This document shows positions 31,355 to 44,172 of a stretch of DNA of 64,000 bases, piece after piece. Both the position numbers and the translations under genes were made by a program. The stretch lies in the NCBI GenBank assembly GCA_964016885.1, contig OZ024743.1, positions 288,362,001 through 288,426,000 on the forward strand, given 5' to 3'. The notes beneath the pieces are model-generated. The model did no database searches and was not told the DNA's origin. It saw only the letters and a program-made list of their open reading frames with translations. Origin of the DNA: Eledone cirrhosa. Taxonomy: Eukaryota. Each line of letters opens with the position of its first letter. The stretch's first letter is position 1.

Positions 31355-31588
31355 CTACCTATCTACCTACCTATCTATCTATCGATCTATCTACCTATCT
31401 ACCTATCTGTCTATCTGTGGGTCTGTTTGTTTTGCAATCTATCAGTTTATTTGTGTATGAATATTGTGTGTGTCTATATATATAAATATAGGTGTTTGTG
31501 TATGTATGTGTATATAAATATAAATATGAAGTGTATATATATATATACGTACACACACACACACATACACACACACACACACATACAT

Positions 31589-31692
<104 letters not shown>

Positions 31693-32505
31693 GTCTAGCT
31701 ATCTATCTTTCAGCTTTTAAATATTTATATTCTTTATGACTTCTTCACATAATCCTATTTTTTTATATTTGCTCTTAGTTTAATTTACTTTACTTCGCTT
31801 TATTGTTCTCCTTATATTTCATTTCACATATCTTTCCCGCCAGATCCATTTACCAATATTCTATAATTGACCGAAAGCTAATATCAAATCTGGCAGACGA
31901 AAACAATCAGTTGAAATTCTAGTAAACTGAAATTGAAATCTGAATAAATAACAGATAAATCTTAAATATTCAAACGAATCTAAAGACGAAAAACAACTCC
32001 CGTCCTTCCCAGCCCTATTCGCTCCCAAAACGAAAATAAAATAAAGAAAACACACGCAAACACGTACGCATGCATACATACAAAAACAGCAAATAAAGAT
32101 TTTGTGAGTAATTGCATACCCAAAATGGCGGACATATGAATCATTCTTCAAACGATGTTTATATATTTTTTTAACTATTCAATTGGGAATAAACTCATGG
32201 CATTAAAATTGAAGATTTTGTATATTATTTAATGCGTTTTTTCTTCTCTTTTTGACAAGGCATAAAATTCACATTTGCAATATGTTTTTATTCTGGTGAA
32301 CAATAGTCGAATTTAGTGAGTCTAATGTTATTCTTAGTAGGCATATAATCAAACTATCTATGGTTAAAAAGGACGAATAAAAATACACTTTTACAGGAAT
32401 TCTTAGGCGAAATGAATGAAACAAAATTGAATATATATAATTATTTTATTTAATGTAACAAATAGGCACACACACATACACAAACACCCGCACGCACCGA
32501 CGAAC

Positions 32506-32542
<37 letters not shown>

Positions 32543-32933
32543 CATATTTATTGTATAGAAGGAGCTTCTACAGGACTAGTACTGTTTCATATATACATAT
32601 ATATATATACATATATATACATATATATATATATAGATTTATATACATATATATATATATACATACATACATACAAGGGTGAAAGCAGCGATTCTTTGCT
32701 TAAACTTTAATCTGTTATTTTAATAAATATACATATATATATATATATATGTATATATATATGCGTGTGTGTGTATATATATATATTAGAAAGTGAGGTT
32801 TTTTTTTACAAAATGAAAAATAAAAAAAAATAAAAACGAGGTGTCCTACACGAGTGAAAGTAGAAGGAAAAAAGAGGAAATCGAAAATGCAACTGAAATC
32901 TTTAAAAAAAATATATATATATTTATTTGGTTC

Positions 32934-32969
32934 CTTTACCGGTTTCGCAGTTCTTCTGCTTTTCAAAAG
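32934..32969 (-). ncRNA. Minimal hammerhead-like motif with U3-A8 variant core
   Basis: Minus strand reads CTT-TTGAAAA-GCAG(AAGAA)CTGC-GAAA-CCGG-TA-AAG. It lies in a roughly 145-bp repeat (32865-33010) that recurs at 63243-63390. Confidence 0.55.
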
Positions 32970-33718
32970 TAGAATTGAGATGGAGGGTTTGTGGGTTTTC
33001 TCACATCTCTCTCTATATATATTCAGAAACGAAATATATATATATATGTGTGTATATACGAACACACATATACATATATACATACATATTATATATATAT
33101 ATATAACTTTGAAATATATATATATAACTTTGAAATATATATATATATACATATGTATATATATTGTATATATACATATATATAGTGTATATATATATAT
33201 ATATATACATACATATGTATATATATTTTATATATTACATATATATTCATACATGCATAGACATATGTGTGTATGTGTGTCTATGTATGTATGTGTTCGC
33301 GCGAGTGTGTTTGTGTATATAAATATAATAATTATACACACATGTACCGACCTACATGTGCCTTTGAATAAAAAAAAACATGCTGTTGGATTCATGTGAT
33401 TCATTATTTTATTTATAAGGCAAAGCGTTCTGCATTGAGAAGCATTAAGCAGATTTATTATAACACATTCTATACACAACATATATTATCCAAACAAATG
33501 CTCAAATCACACAGACACACCATCACATGAATATATATACACACTCATACACACACACAAACACACACAAGCAAAGAAACAAGCATGAACACGTGTGCGT
33601 ATTGCAAGCTCACTAATTTTCTCTCAGTAATATGAATAATTACTGGAGAACATATGCAAAGTATATGTGGAATATTTATATATACATATATATATGTGAT
33701 GTATATATATAATGTATA

Positions 33719-33752
<34 letters not shown>

Positions 33753-33789
33753 CAATGTATATATTTATATGTGTGTATATATATATATA

Positions 33790-33868
<79 letters not shown>

Positions 33869-34311
33869 TATATATACATACGCACACACACACACACATA
33901 TGTAATATATATATATAGACATATATATATACACACATGCTGGTGTATTGGGTGAGCTTATGATTGCCACTTTAATTTCATGAGACACTGCGTTCGATCC
34001 CATTTTGTTGTATCTTAGTTTGTTTTACTATAGCCTGCGTACGACCCCAGCCTTGCGAGTGGAATTGGATAGACGACGAACGTATGGGAGCCCCTTGTTT
34101 CGACATCAATATAATTGAAAATGTATGTCTTGCCATACTGTGTTAATTTGTGTATACCTGAAAATTACAGTCCTTGATCAGAGAATAAAGTGAGAAATAG
34201 AAGAGTAAGAAACAAAAAAGCATTTTTTAATAAAAATCACTTGTGTACATGTTTGCATATCTCTCACTCCATATATATGTGTGTGTGTGTGTGTATGTGT
34301 GTATGTGTGTG

Positions 34312-34420
<109 letters not shown>

Positions 34421-37420
34421 GATAGTAGGCGTTTAACAGATGAATTGCAGTGCTGTATTTCACACCACAGGTGCTGATTTTGGCTTACTTATAAATCAGA
34501 TGAAATATATCCTGTAGCAAATGGAGACTTTTCGTTCGGTTAAATTTCTTATTAATGAAAGAATCTTTCAAAAAACAAAATATTAATTTCAATACTGAGG
34601 CCTCAAAAATAGTAGGATAACGTAATAATAATAATATATTCCTCTTGCCATTTTTGCCTTTCATCCCTTACGCTGATAAAATTGTCTAAGATATGTAATA
34701 GCTTTGGCTGAGTTGTCATAGTGTAGGAGAGGATTCTTTACTGCATATGTTGTGGCTCTCATTACTGTGAGTTGAATTCCGCCGAGACTAGATTTGCTTT
34801 GCTTTCTTCCGGTGCCGATAGAAAATAGTACTAGTAAATATAATGTGTTCTAGCCATTCATTTAAAATGAGAATGTGTGATATGAGGGAGATCGATTATA
34901 TGGTGTCATTTTCTGGAGGATTGTACCACAACGTATTTCCTCCATTGGTTCGTGCCATAGGAGAGCCACACTGAGCTACATCTTAAGCGTAAAAGATGAA
35001 CTCTGACAGATATAGTAGCCACACACCCTTACTTATATAATAGAAAATACAGTTCTCGATACGTTATACATGAGATAAAGAAGGTAGTGTTATAGCTGGA
35101 ACAACATTGATGATAGATCTGGTGGATCTTGGCTTAGCTGTGGTCAAACAACATTTTAATACAATGGTAGTTTATTGTTCTAGTATGTTTCACTCCAAGT
35201 CAGCACTGGTGGAGAAGTATATATAATCTAAGCCATTCCAAGCATGAAACCTTTTTGTCTTATCAGACATAATGTGTCCTTCTTTTACCTCATAAATTGT
35301 GTCCTTTTTCTTACGACGTTAGTGTGAGCTTTAAGAGGGATCTGGCTGTTAATTCTAGCAGGATGCTTTACCAGGTGGCGGCTCTATTGTTAAATGTATA
35401 TGATTTATCAACAATATAGCTAGGTAAATTACTTCACGCGAGTGTTTCGGCATACAAAATAAACACAGTCTCACATATTTAAGCGAGTCAGTTGAAAAAC
35501 GCAGATGAATTCACGATTTTGCATGCAATTAGAAGATAAATATCTTCTTTGGTGGATAAATCTAAAAGCAAAATGCAAGGGAGATAAGTCAAATAATTTC
35601 AGCTAATCCAAAGTTTGTGAAAATATCGCTGATGAAGCCTAGAGTGATTTTATCGTTACAAAACATATGGTGAATGTTACAGACGGGTTTGCTTTCAAGA
35701 TCCAGTTCCATTTGCATTTTCATCAGATATCAGTCGGTCGATGATTTTATTAGAGTTTTCTCCGATGCTTGTTATCTCTTTTCTTTATTTTTAGCTCATA
35801 AACATACATAAAGACAGATAGATTTTGTCTACGAACTGCATGGATAATGAAAGTTAATCGAAATTTTTCATCTCAATATATTATATATGTACGACCCTGT
35901 CATACGCTAGGACGTAGTTATAGCTGTGGAAGTAAGGTTTATGATAGCTATGAATAAAGCATTATGGTGTGGCGTTAGAATGACGTGAGTGCTGACACAT
36001 GGAACAGAGTGGCGTGGTGTGTTGTCATTTTGAGTACAGTGCTGGGTTGTGGTGTGGAAGTATCAATTTTCTTCGGTATTTTCCTCTCTTACTTCAAAAG
36101 ACGCCACTCAGCTCCTTGGTTTCTCATACACATAAAAATTTAGAAAACGATGTTAAAAAAGAAAATGGATTAAAGTTAAAAGAAAATATGAGTATGGGCG
36201 TGTGTGTGAGAAAAACTGTTTGTGTATGCACATTTGCGTGTGTCTATGTGTAAGTGAAAGAATGAGAGAGCGAATAAACGATTTACGTACACATACATAC
36301 AGACATAACTGGATGTGTTTATGTGTATGAGAAAATGTGTGCATGTGTGCATGTGTGCATCTCCGTATATATGTGTGCTGGTGTCAATGTATTTGATTCT
36401 CGTGGGCGAATCCATTGCTCACAAATTTCAGCAAAACACACACAATGGCACGATCACAGTCGGACACATACAAACTCACATGCACAAACATACATTGTCA
36501 AACACATGCAATCCCCTGCCATACTTAATACCATTATAAATCATTCCAAATATCCACAAATCACTCAAACGCACACACACGCATACATATATGCATATAT
36601 ATGTACATGAATATATATACCTACATATATATACCTACATATATATACCTATATATGTACATGAATATATATATATATACCTACACACACACATATATAT
36701 ATATATATTGACATACAATATTAAACGCAATAGCACTTCGCTGGGCCTCACTACATTGCTCTTTCCCTGTATCTCTTACTTTCTCTATTACCATCACTAC
36801 CATCCTGACCATTAGTCTACTATTGACTCCATGTAACTCCCCATACACTTCTATCTTGATTCACCACCGCTACCACCTGTGCCATCACAATTCTACCTAA
36901 CCTCTCTACTTACCTACCTAGCCACTCCTATCACCCTGACCGTCACAGTTCTACTGAACCTCCCTACATATTCAATCATCCCACCACCACCATCATGAAA
37001 TTACTAACTAAATCGTCGAATCAACCTATATCCACTCCCACTCCCCCCATCCTGATTCTTTGCAGAGACGACAGGGAAAACATTGATTCATTGATATAAC
37101 ACAGAAAAATAAACATATGTGGGTGGGTTGGTGCTATGGGGTGAGAGTAGGAGTAGTAGTAGTAGTAATAGTAGTAGTAGTAGTGGTAGTAGTAGTAGTA
37201 GCAGCAGCAGGAGTTGTAGTAGTAGTAGTAGTTGTTGTTGTTGTTGTAGCCTGTGGGGGGGGGGGGGATATTGGTGGCGACATTAGTAGTGTTGCTGGTA
37301 GCTGGAAAAAATATTGATGATGATGATGGTGGTGGTGGTGCTGGTGGTGGTGGTGATAGCATTGGTGATAGCAATGTTGATATGGTATTGGCGGTGGGGA
37401 GAAATATTGGGAATGGTAAT

Positions 37421-37606
37421 AATTGTTTCTACTTCTGGCACAAGGCCAGCAATTACCCAGTACATTACTGGTACTTTATTTTATCGACCCCGTAAGGATG
37501 AAAGGCAAAGTTAACCTCGGCGGGATTTGAACTCAGATTGGCAAGGGCCGTAACTCTATGCGTCAAAGCATGGCGTCCGACCCTCTACCGATACTGCCAA
37601 TTCACC
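37421..37606 (-). mobile_element. SINE A, full length
   Basis: Complete consensus inside a low-complexity (GGT/GAT) region. Confidence 0.8.
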
Positions 37607-38289
37607 AATGGTAATAATGTTAGTGGTGGTGGTTTTGTCAGTATTGTTGATTTTGTTGCTGTTAGATGTGCTTGAGTTATTGCTGATATAAAATATAGTT
37701 GATATCGATTGATGATGATTCTAATATTGAGTACGGTATTGATGTTGAGAGGAGCCTTGTTGTTGTTGTTGTTATTGTTTGTGATGGTGTTGGCATTGGT
37801 GGCCTTATAAGAGGTGTTGATAGTGGTGGCATTACAAGTATGGGTTGTGGTGTTGATGGCGGCGGTCTTAGTGGTGGTATTGGTAGTCATTTTGGCAATT
37901 CTAGTGATATTAATGGTGTATAGAAATGCAGGAGATGGTGGTTGCGATATTGTAGGTAGGAGTGGTGGTAAATTTGTTGCTGTGGGTGTAAATAATGTCG
38001 ATAGAAGTGACATTGGTGGTGGTGGTGTTAGTGGTGGAGTTGGTGCTAGTTTTGGTGGGGGATAGCAATGGAAATCCTGAAGAAGATAATGGTGTTGGTG
38101 GAATCAGTGGTGATGTAAGGAACGTTGGCAGCGGTGTATATATCATAGTTGATGTTGGTAACAGTGGTGGAGATTGCGATGGATGAGATACCGTCACCCA
38201 TAAACCCCGTTACCCAACCCTATACACCCACATAACTCTATATTTCCAATACACGACTATACAACACCATACACAACCAGACAGTATCA

Positions 38290-38785
38290 TACACTACCAA
38301 ACGCCAACAAACACCCCATACATAACCTTATACCAGCACATACCTCCATACACCACCATACACCACCACGTACCTCTATACACACCATGCACCAACATAC
38401 ACCACGACACACCTCCAAACACACCATATACCACCATACACATCCAAACACACCATACACCTCCATACATAACAAAACACCACCCCACACCTCCATACAC
38501 ACCTTACACCAACATACACCACCACACACCTCCAAACACACCATATACCACCATACACCAGCATACACCTCCATACATAACAAAACACCACCACACACCT
38601 CCATACACACCTTACACCAACATACACCACCACACACACCTCCAAACACACCATATACCACCATACACCAGCATACACCTCCATACACAACAAAGCACCC
38701 ACCAGCATACACCTCCATACACACCTTACACCAACATACACCACCATACCTAACCATACGCTGCCATACACCCACACACCAATAT
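38290..38785. repeat. C/A-rich minisatellite, about 108-110-bp higher-order unit
   Basis: ctccataca(t/c)aacaaa recurs at 38461, 38569 and 38679; G is nearly absent from the + strand. Confidence 0.8.
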
Positions 38786-38957
38786 CTCTTGTCATTAAAC
38801 ATTCTCTCTAACATTATTTATTTTGAGATCATCGTTGATTAATAAACAACAGAAATACATTAACACCATTAACATCATTTAAATGATGGTGATGACAGCG
38901 ATGATGATGATGATGATGATGACGATGATGATGATGATGTCAATGATGACAATGATG

Positions 38958-39032
<75 letters not shown>

Positions 39033-39036
<4 letters not shown>

Positions 39037-39365
39037 TTTCTTTATTAACCACAAGGGTTTACATAAAGTAGACATTAAGGACAGTGCAGGACAATGCAGG
39101 ACGGTACAAATGGGCATTTCTGCGTGTAAAAAACAAAAACAGAGGATGTAACAAAAAATAACAATGAAAAATTCCCCAATAGGGGGGAGACTTCGGAGGG
39201 ACATTTGTGGAGAAAGCCCAGTAAAAAGCCACAATGACCCTGACCACCAAGGCAAGTGCCCTCTCCCAGTTTTCCACCTTTAATTTACAGATATATACTC
39301 AGAGTAGGCCCATTCACTCGGGCCATTATTGCTTCTCTCACCCATCTTTCAACAAAATGCTGGGA
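39033..39365 (-). mobile_element. Tx1/L1-like LINE 3' end with (TAT)n tail
   Basis: ORF end QHFVERWVREAIMARVNGPTLSIYL*, then a 3' UTR, AATAAA and a (TAT)n tail. The 3' UTR is nearly identical to 15352-15528. Clade assignment is from memory. Confidence 0.6.
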
Positions 39366-39385
39366 ATAATAATAATAATAATAAT

Positions 39386-39895
39386 GATTTACCACATTCT
39401 GAGAAATGGTATGAGCATAGGCCAGAGGCGGTGATGGAGAACAATCAGGTGAAGGTGCTGTGGGATTTTAGGATACAGACGGACAAAAAACTGGAACACA
39501 ATAGACCTGACCTGGTGGTTGTGGACAAAGAAAAAAGATCGTGCCTGATTGTGGATGTGGCCTGCCCATTCGACACGAGAGTGCAAGAGAAGGAGAGGGA
39601 GAAAATTAACCGATACCAGGACCTAAAATGGGAGGTGAAAAGGATTTGGAACTGCCATGAAGTCAAAGTGATCCCGATTGTCATAGGCGCACTGGGGACT
39701 ATCTCCAAAAGTTTCCAGGGATGGTTAAAGAAAATCGGCCCCTTCACGCTTTTTGGAACGCTTCAAAAGGCATGCTTGCTTGGAACAGCAAGAACCCTCT
39801 GATACGTCCTAAATATCTGAGGCTGCAGGTAGTGGCTTGATATTCATTCCAACGGACTTTCCAGTTAACCAACATCAATGACTGAGATTCAAGGA
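39386..39895 (+). mobile_element. R4/Dong-clade non-LTR retrotransposon 3' fragment (restriction-like endonuclease domain)
   Basis: KWYEHRPEAVMENNQVKVLWDFRIQTDKKLEHNRPDLVVVDKEKRSCLIVDVACPFD...EKINRYQDL...PIVIGALG...LQKACLLGTARTL is a PD-(D/E)xK RLE typical of R4/Dong. Premature TGA where the other copies have CGA. Flanked by (AAT)n. Confidence 0.88.
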
Positions 39896-40017
39896 ATAAC
39901 AACAATAATAATAATGATAATAATAATAATAAATAAAAAACGAATCAATAAACAAAAATGGAAATAGTTCCTTTAATAAACCTCCATTTCTATCTGCCCC
40001 TCTCTCTGTTTATATAT

Positions 40018-40057
<40 letters not shown>

Positions 40058-40272
40058 GTTAAAAATGTACATCCACATATGTATACTGAAATACTAGTAT
40101 GCATATGAATACACACACGTGTACATATGTAGATGTACCGAGTTTTTCACTGGACACTTTACTGTGAGTGTCCAGCTATTCTGTATGTAAACACACAGAC
40201 AAACCGGTTTTTAGAGTCATACTGGTTTTCGAGGAAACACCTTTCCTCTATTCTCCAGAAAGCCAGACAAGG

Positions 40273-40317
40273 AATATTGGACTAGTTTCGATGTTGTTAC
40301 ATCTCATCAGCAATATT
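40273..40317 (-). ncRNA. Type I hammerhead ribozyme in the inverted array block
   Basis: Exact reverse complement of the 45-nt array motif; same sense as ARID3. Confidence 0.88.
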
Positions 40318-40681
40318 TACCTATCTTCCGGCCTTTCTAGAGAATCGTAAAAGCACATATCGTTATATGTTTTTTCTATGAAAATTAGTAGTGGGCAGAC
40401 TAATTTGCATAGAGCGTGAGTACATACCGGTTCAGCGGAGACGATAAAAACAAATAACGAAACGAAATTAAATTTCGTTTCGTTTGTAACTCACTTTTGT
40501 ATGACTGACGCTTAAACAATTAAGTTAAAAATGTACATCCACATATGTATACTGAAATACTAGTATGCATATGAATACACACACGTGTACATATGTTAGT
40601 CTGCCCACTACTAATTTTCATAGAAAAAGCATATAACGATATGTGCTTTTACGATTCTCTAGAAAGGCCGGAAGATAGGTA

Positions 40682-40726
40682 AATATTGCTGATGAGATGT
40701 AACAACATCGAAACTAGTCCAATATT
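40682..40726 (+). ncRNA. Type I hammerhead ribozyme, array copy 1
   Basis: AATATTG-CTGATGA-GATGT(AACA)ACATC-GAAA-CTAG-TC-CAATATT. Stem I is 7 bp, the core is canonical, stem II is 5 bp, stem III is the minimal palindrome ACTAGT. GUC cleavage predicted after 40719. Confidence 0.9.
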
Positions 40727-41147
40727 CCTTGTCTGGCTTTCTGGAGAATAGAGGAAAGGTGTTTCCTCGAAAACCAGTATGACTCTAAAAACCGGTTTGT
40801 CTGTGTGTTTACATACAGAATAGCTGGACACTCACAGTAAAGTGTCCAGTGAAAAACTCGGTACATCTACATATGTACACGTGTGTGTATTCATATGCAT
40901 ACTAATATTTCAGTATACATATGTGGATGTACATTTTTAACTTAATTGTTTAAGCGTCAGTCATACAAAAGTGAGTTACAAACGAAACGAAATTTAATTT
41001 CGTTTCGTTATTTGTTTTTATCGTCTCCGCTGAACCGGTATGTACTCACGCTCTATGCAAATTAGTCTGCCCACTACTAATTTTCATAGAAAAAGCATAT
41101 AACGATATGTGCTTTTACGATTCTCTAGAAAGGCCGGAAGATAGGTA

Positions 41148-41192
41148 AATATTGCTGATGAGATGTAACAACATCGAAACTAGTCCAATATT
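41148..41192 (+). ncRNA. Type I hammerhead ribozyme, array copy 2
   Basis: Identical 45-nt motif; predicted cleavage after 41185. Confidence 0.9.
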
Positions 41193-41614
41193 CCTTGTCT
41201 GGCTTTCTGGAGAATAGAGGAAAGGTGTTTCCTCGAAAACCAGTATGACTCTAAAAACCGGTTTGTCTGTGTGTTTACATACAGAATAGCTGGACACTCA
41301 CAGTAAAGTGTCCAGTGAAAAACTCGGTACATCTACATATGCACACGTGTGTGTATTCATATGCATACTAGTATTTCAGTATACATATGTGGATGTACAT
41401 TTTTAACTTAATTGTTTAAGCGTCAGTCATACAAAAGTGAGTTACAAACGAAACGAAATTTAATTTCGTTTCGTTATTTGTTTTTATCGTCTCCGCTGAA
41501 CCGGTATGTACTCACGCTCTATGCAAATTAGTCTGCCCACTACTAATTTTCATAGAAAAAGCATATAACGATATGTGCTTTTACGATTCTCCTAGAAAGG
41601 CCGGAAGATAGGTA

Positions 41615-41659
41615 AATATTGCTGATGAGATGTAACAACATCGAAACTAGTCCAATATT
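41615..41659 (+). ncRNA. Type I hammerhead ribozyme, array copy 3
   Basis: Identical 45-nt motif; predicted cleavage after 41652. Confidence 0.9.
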
Positions 41660-42080
41660 CCTTGTCTGGCTTTCTGGAGAATAGAGGAAAGGTGTTTCCT
41701 CGAAAACCAGTATGACTCTAAAAACCGGTTTGTCTGTGTGTTTACATACAGAATAGCTGGACACTCACAGTAAAGTGTCCAGTGAAAAACTCGGTACATC
41801 TACATATGTACACGTGTGTGTATTCATATGCATACTAGTATTTCAGTATACATATGTGGATGTACATTTTTAACTTAATTGTTTAAGCGTCAGTCATACA
41901 AAAGTGAGTTACAAACGAAACGAAATTTAATTTCGTTTCGTTATTTGTTTTTATCGTCTCCGCTGAACCGGTATGTACTCACGCTCTATGCAAATTAGTC
42001 TGCCCACTACTAATTTTCATAGAAAAAGCATATAACGATATGTGCTTTTACGATTCTCTAGAAAGGCCGGAAGATAGGTA

Positions 42081-42125
42081 AATATTGCTGATGAGATGTA
42101 ACAACATCGAAACTAGTCCAATATT
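42081..42125 (+). ncRNA. Type I hammerhead ribozyme, array copy 4
   Basis: Identical 45-nt motif; predicted cleavage after 42118. Confidence 0.9.
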
Positions 42126-42417
42126 CCTTGTCTGGCTTTCTGGAGAATAGAGGAAAGGTGTTTCCTCGAAAACCAGTATGACTCTAAAAACCGGTTTGTC
42201 TGTGTGTTTACATACAGAATAGCTGGACACTCACAGTAAAGTGTCCAGTGAAAAACTCGGTACATCTACATATGTACACGTGTGTGTATTCATATGCATA
42301 CTAGTATTTCAGTATACATATGTGGATGTACATTTTTAACTTAATTGTTTAAGCGTCAGTCATACAAAAGTGAGTTACAAACGAAACGAAATTTAATTTC
42401 GTTTCGTTATTTGTTTT

Positions 42418-42451
<34 letters not shown>

Positions 42452-42469
42452 AATAATATATATATATAC

Positions 42470-42519
<50 letters not shown>

Positions 42520-42521
42520 GT

Positions 42522-42607
<86 letters not shown>

Positions 42608-42640
42608 TATATATAAATAAATACATATATATATATATAC

Positions 42641-42672
<32 letters not shown>

Positions 42673-42680
<8 letters not shown>

Positions 42681-42821
42681 ATACTTTGGGAGGGTCATGT
42701 TGCCAATAAGAAACACACGCACCAGTTGCTTTCACATCAATTTATTATAATAAATTGAAGTGAAAGCAACTGGTGCGTGTGTTTCTATTGGCAACATAAC
42801 CCTCCCAAAGTATAACAATAT
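42673..42821. repeat. Imperfect palindrome (about 75-bp arms) in a (TA)n region
   Basis: Centre tttatta|taataaa at 42747/42748; a few mismatches and one indel. Confidence 0.8.
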
Positions 42822-42896
42822 CGGTTTCAACACACGTTTGCAGATAAAAAATCTTGCTAAACAAATTCAGAAACGAAATATATATATATATATATG

Positions 42897-42995
<99 letters not shown>

Positions 42996-43069
42996 CCACC
43001 AGGAAATCTTTCGTATCTTTGATATTTTCTTTGCTTAATATATATATATAAGAAATACAAAGCATATAT

Positions 43070-43737
43070 CTATCTATCTATCTAAGGCGGGTAACATTCC
43101 CGAGATCCATGGACGAGTTCTCTCCAGCGGTCTCTGTCCCTCATTATCGCTGCCATGTCCTGCATCTCCAACAGACCAGTGTATGTCCTTAGGGCATCAA
43201 CATACGTTAACCTTGGTCTTCCCCTTCTAGTGTGTCCATGTAGGGGCTCCCAGAGGAGCACTGAGTGCAATGTCAATGTCAATGTTAATGTCGATGAGTG
43301 TCGGGCTGAGAATGAATGAGACTAAACTAAAATATCTGGTAGAGAATGTTGAGAAGCCAGAGGGGATCATTAATGTAGGCGGGAAGCCGCTAGAATTGGT
43401 TGAGGGCTTCCTGTATTTGGGAGCAAAGATTGGGAATACGGAAGATGATGTTGTTGAGAGGAAGAGCAAAGCCTGGGCGGCGTGCCACAGCTTGATGTCG
43501 GTGTGGAAGTCGGACCTTAAAGACCTGAAAATCCGCCTCTTCATTTCTGTAGTGGAGTCTGTGCTGCTGTACGGGTCTGAGACTTGGACACTGACCAAGA
43601 AACTCACTCAGATGGTGGATGGGTGCTACACGAGAATGCTGAGGATGGCTCTGAACATTAATCAGTATACACTGAGGATGAAATACTCAGAGCTGTATGG
43701 GAGCATCCCAAAAGTCAGCTCAAAAGTGACACAGAGG
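43070..43737 (-). mobile_element. 5'-truncated RTE-clade LINE with 5' inversion and target-site duplication
   Basis: 43082-43262 (-) encodes the RTE C-terminus VLLWEPLHGHTRRGRPRLTYVDAL...MRDRDRWRELV and ends in a (TAGA)n tail. About 43295-43737 (+) encodes the upstream part (...FLYLGAKI...LFISVVESVLLYGSETWTLTK...). TSD AAAGCATATAT at 43059-43069 and 43738-43748. Confidence 0.9.
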
Positions 43738-43798
43738 AAAGCATATATATATATATATATATATAGTTAAAAGAATAGAGGTGTAACACACAAGTTAT

Positions 43799-44172
43799 TA
43801 TATATTGGTTAACGGAATAGAAAATGCTGACAAATTGTTCACAGTGAAAAATAGTTTAATTAGGAATAAATGAGAATTAGTAATTGTATTGGTTAGTATT
43901 CAGTTTTGGTTTTAAGTTTTACCGGTTGCGCATTTCTAAATGCTTATCAAAAATAATTTTGAGATAGAGCGTCCGTGATGTTTGCTCTGATCAGAGCAAA
44001 CATCACGGACGCTCTATCTCAAAATTATTTTTGATAAGCATTTAGAAATGCGCAACCGGTAAAACTTAAAACCAAAACTGAATACTAACCAATACAATTA
44101 CTAATTCTCATTTATTCCTAATTAAACTATTTTTCACTGTGAACAATTTGTCACCATTTTCTATTCCGTTTA

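Larger units (their letters stand above)
40052..42420 (+). mobile_element. Tandem array of 466-bp hammerhead-bearing monomers (non-LTR retrozyme or Penelope pLTR-like) with an inverted 5' block
   Basis: 40596-42420 is about 3.9 direct copies (periods 466, 467, 466). 40052-40595 is about 1.2 copies in the opposite orientation. Copies differ at only a few positions. (TA)n tracts on both sides. Five complete HHR motifs. Confidence 0.85.

Noticed and set aside
37130-38200. Gly/Val/Thr-rich ORFs in the (GGT/GAT/GTT) region
   Set aside because: Degenerate trinucleotide low-complexity DNA interrupted by a SINE, with no splice or domain support.
40168-42230. Five copies of a 60-73-aa ORF (MSSYSVCKHTDKPV...)
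   Set aside because: GTG start, no recognisable domain, frameshifted in one copy, and antisense to the hammerhead; it recurs only because the DNA is repeated.
40596-42420. Array as a CRISPR locus or ordinary satellite
   Set aside because: No unique spacers and a eukaryotic context; the ribozyme in each unit and the inverted block point to a retroelement origin.
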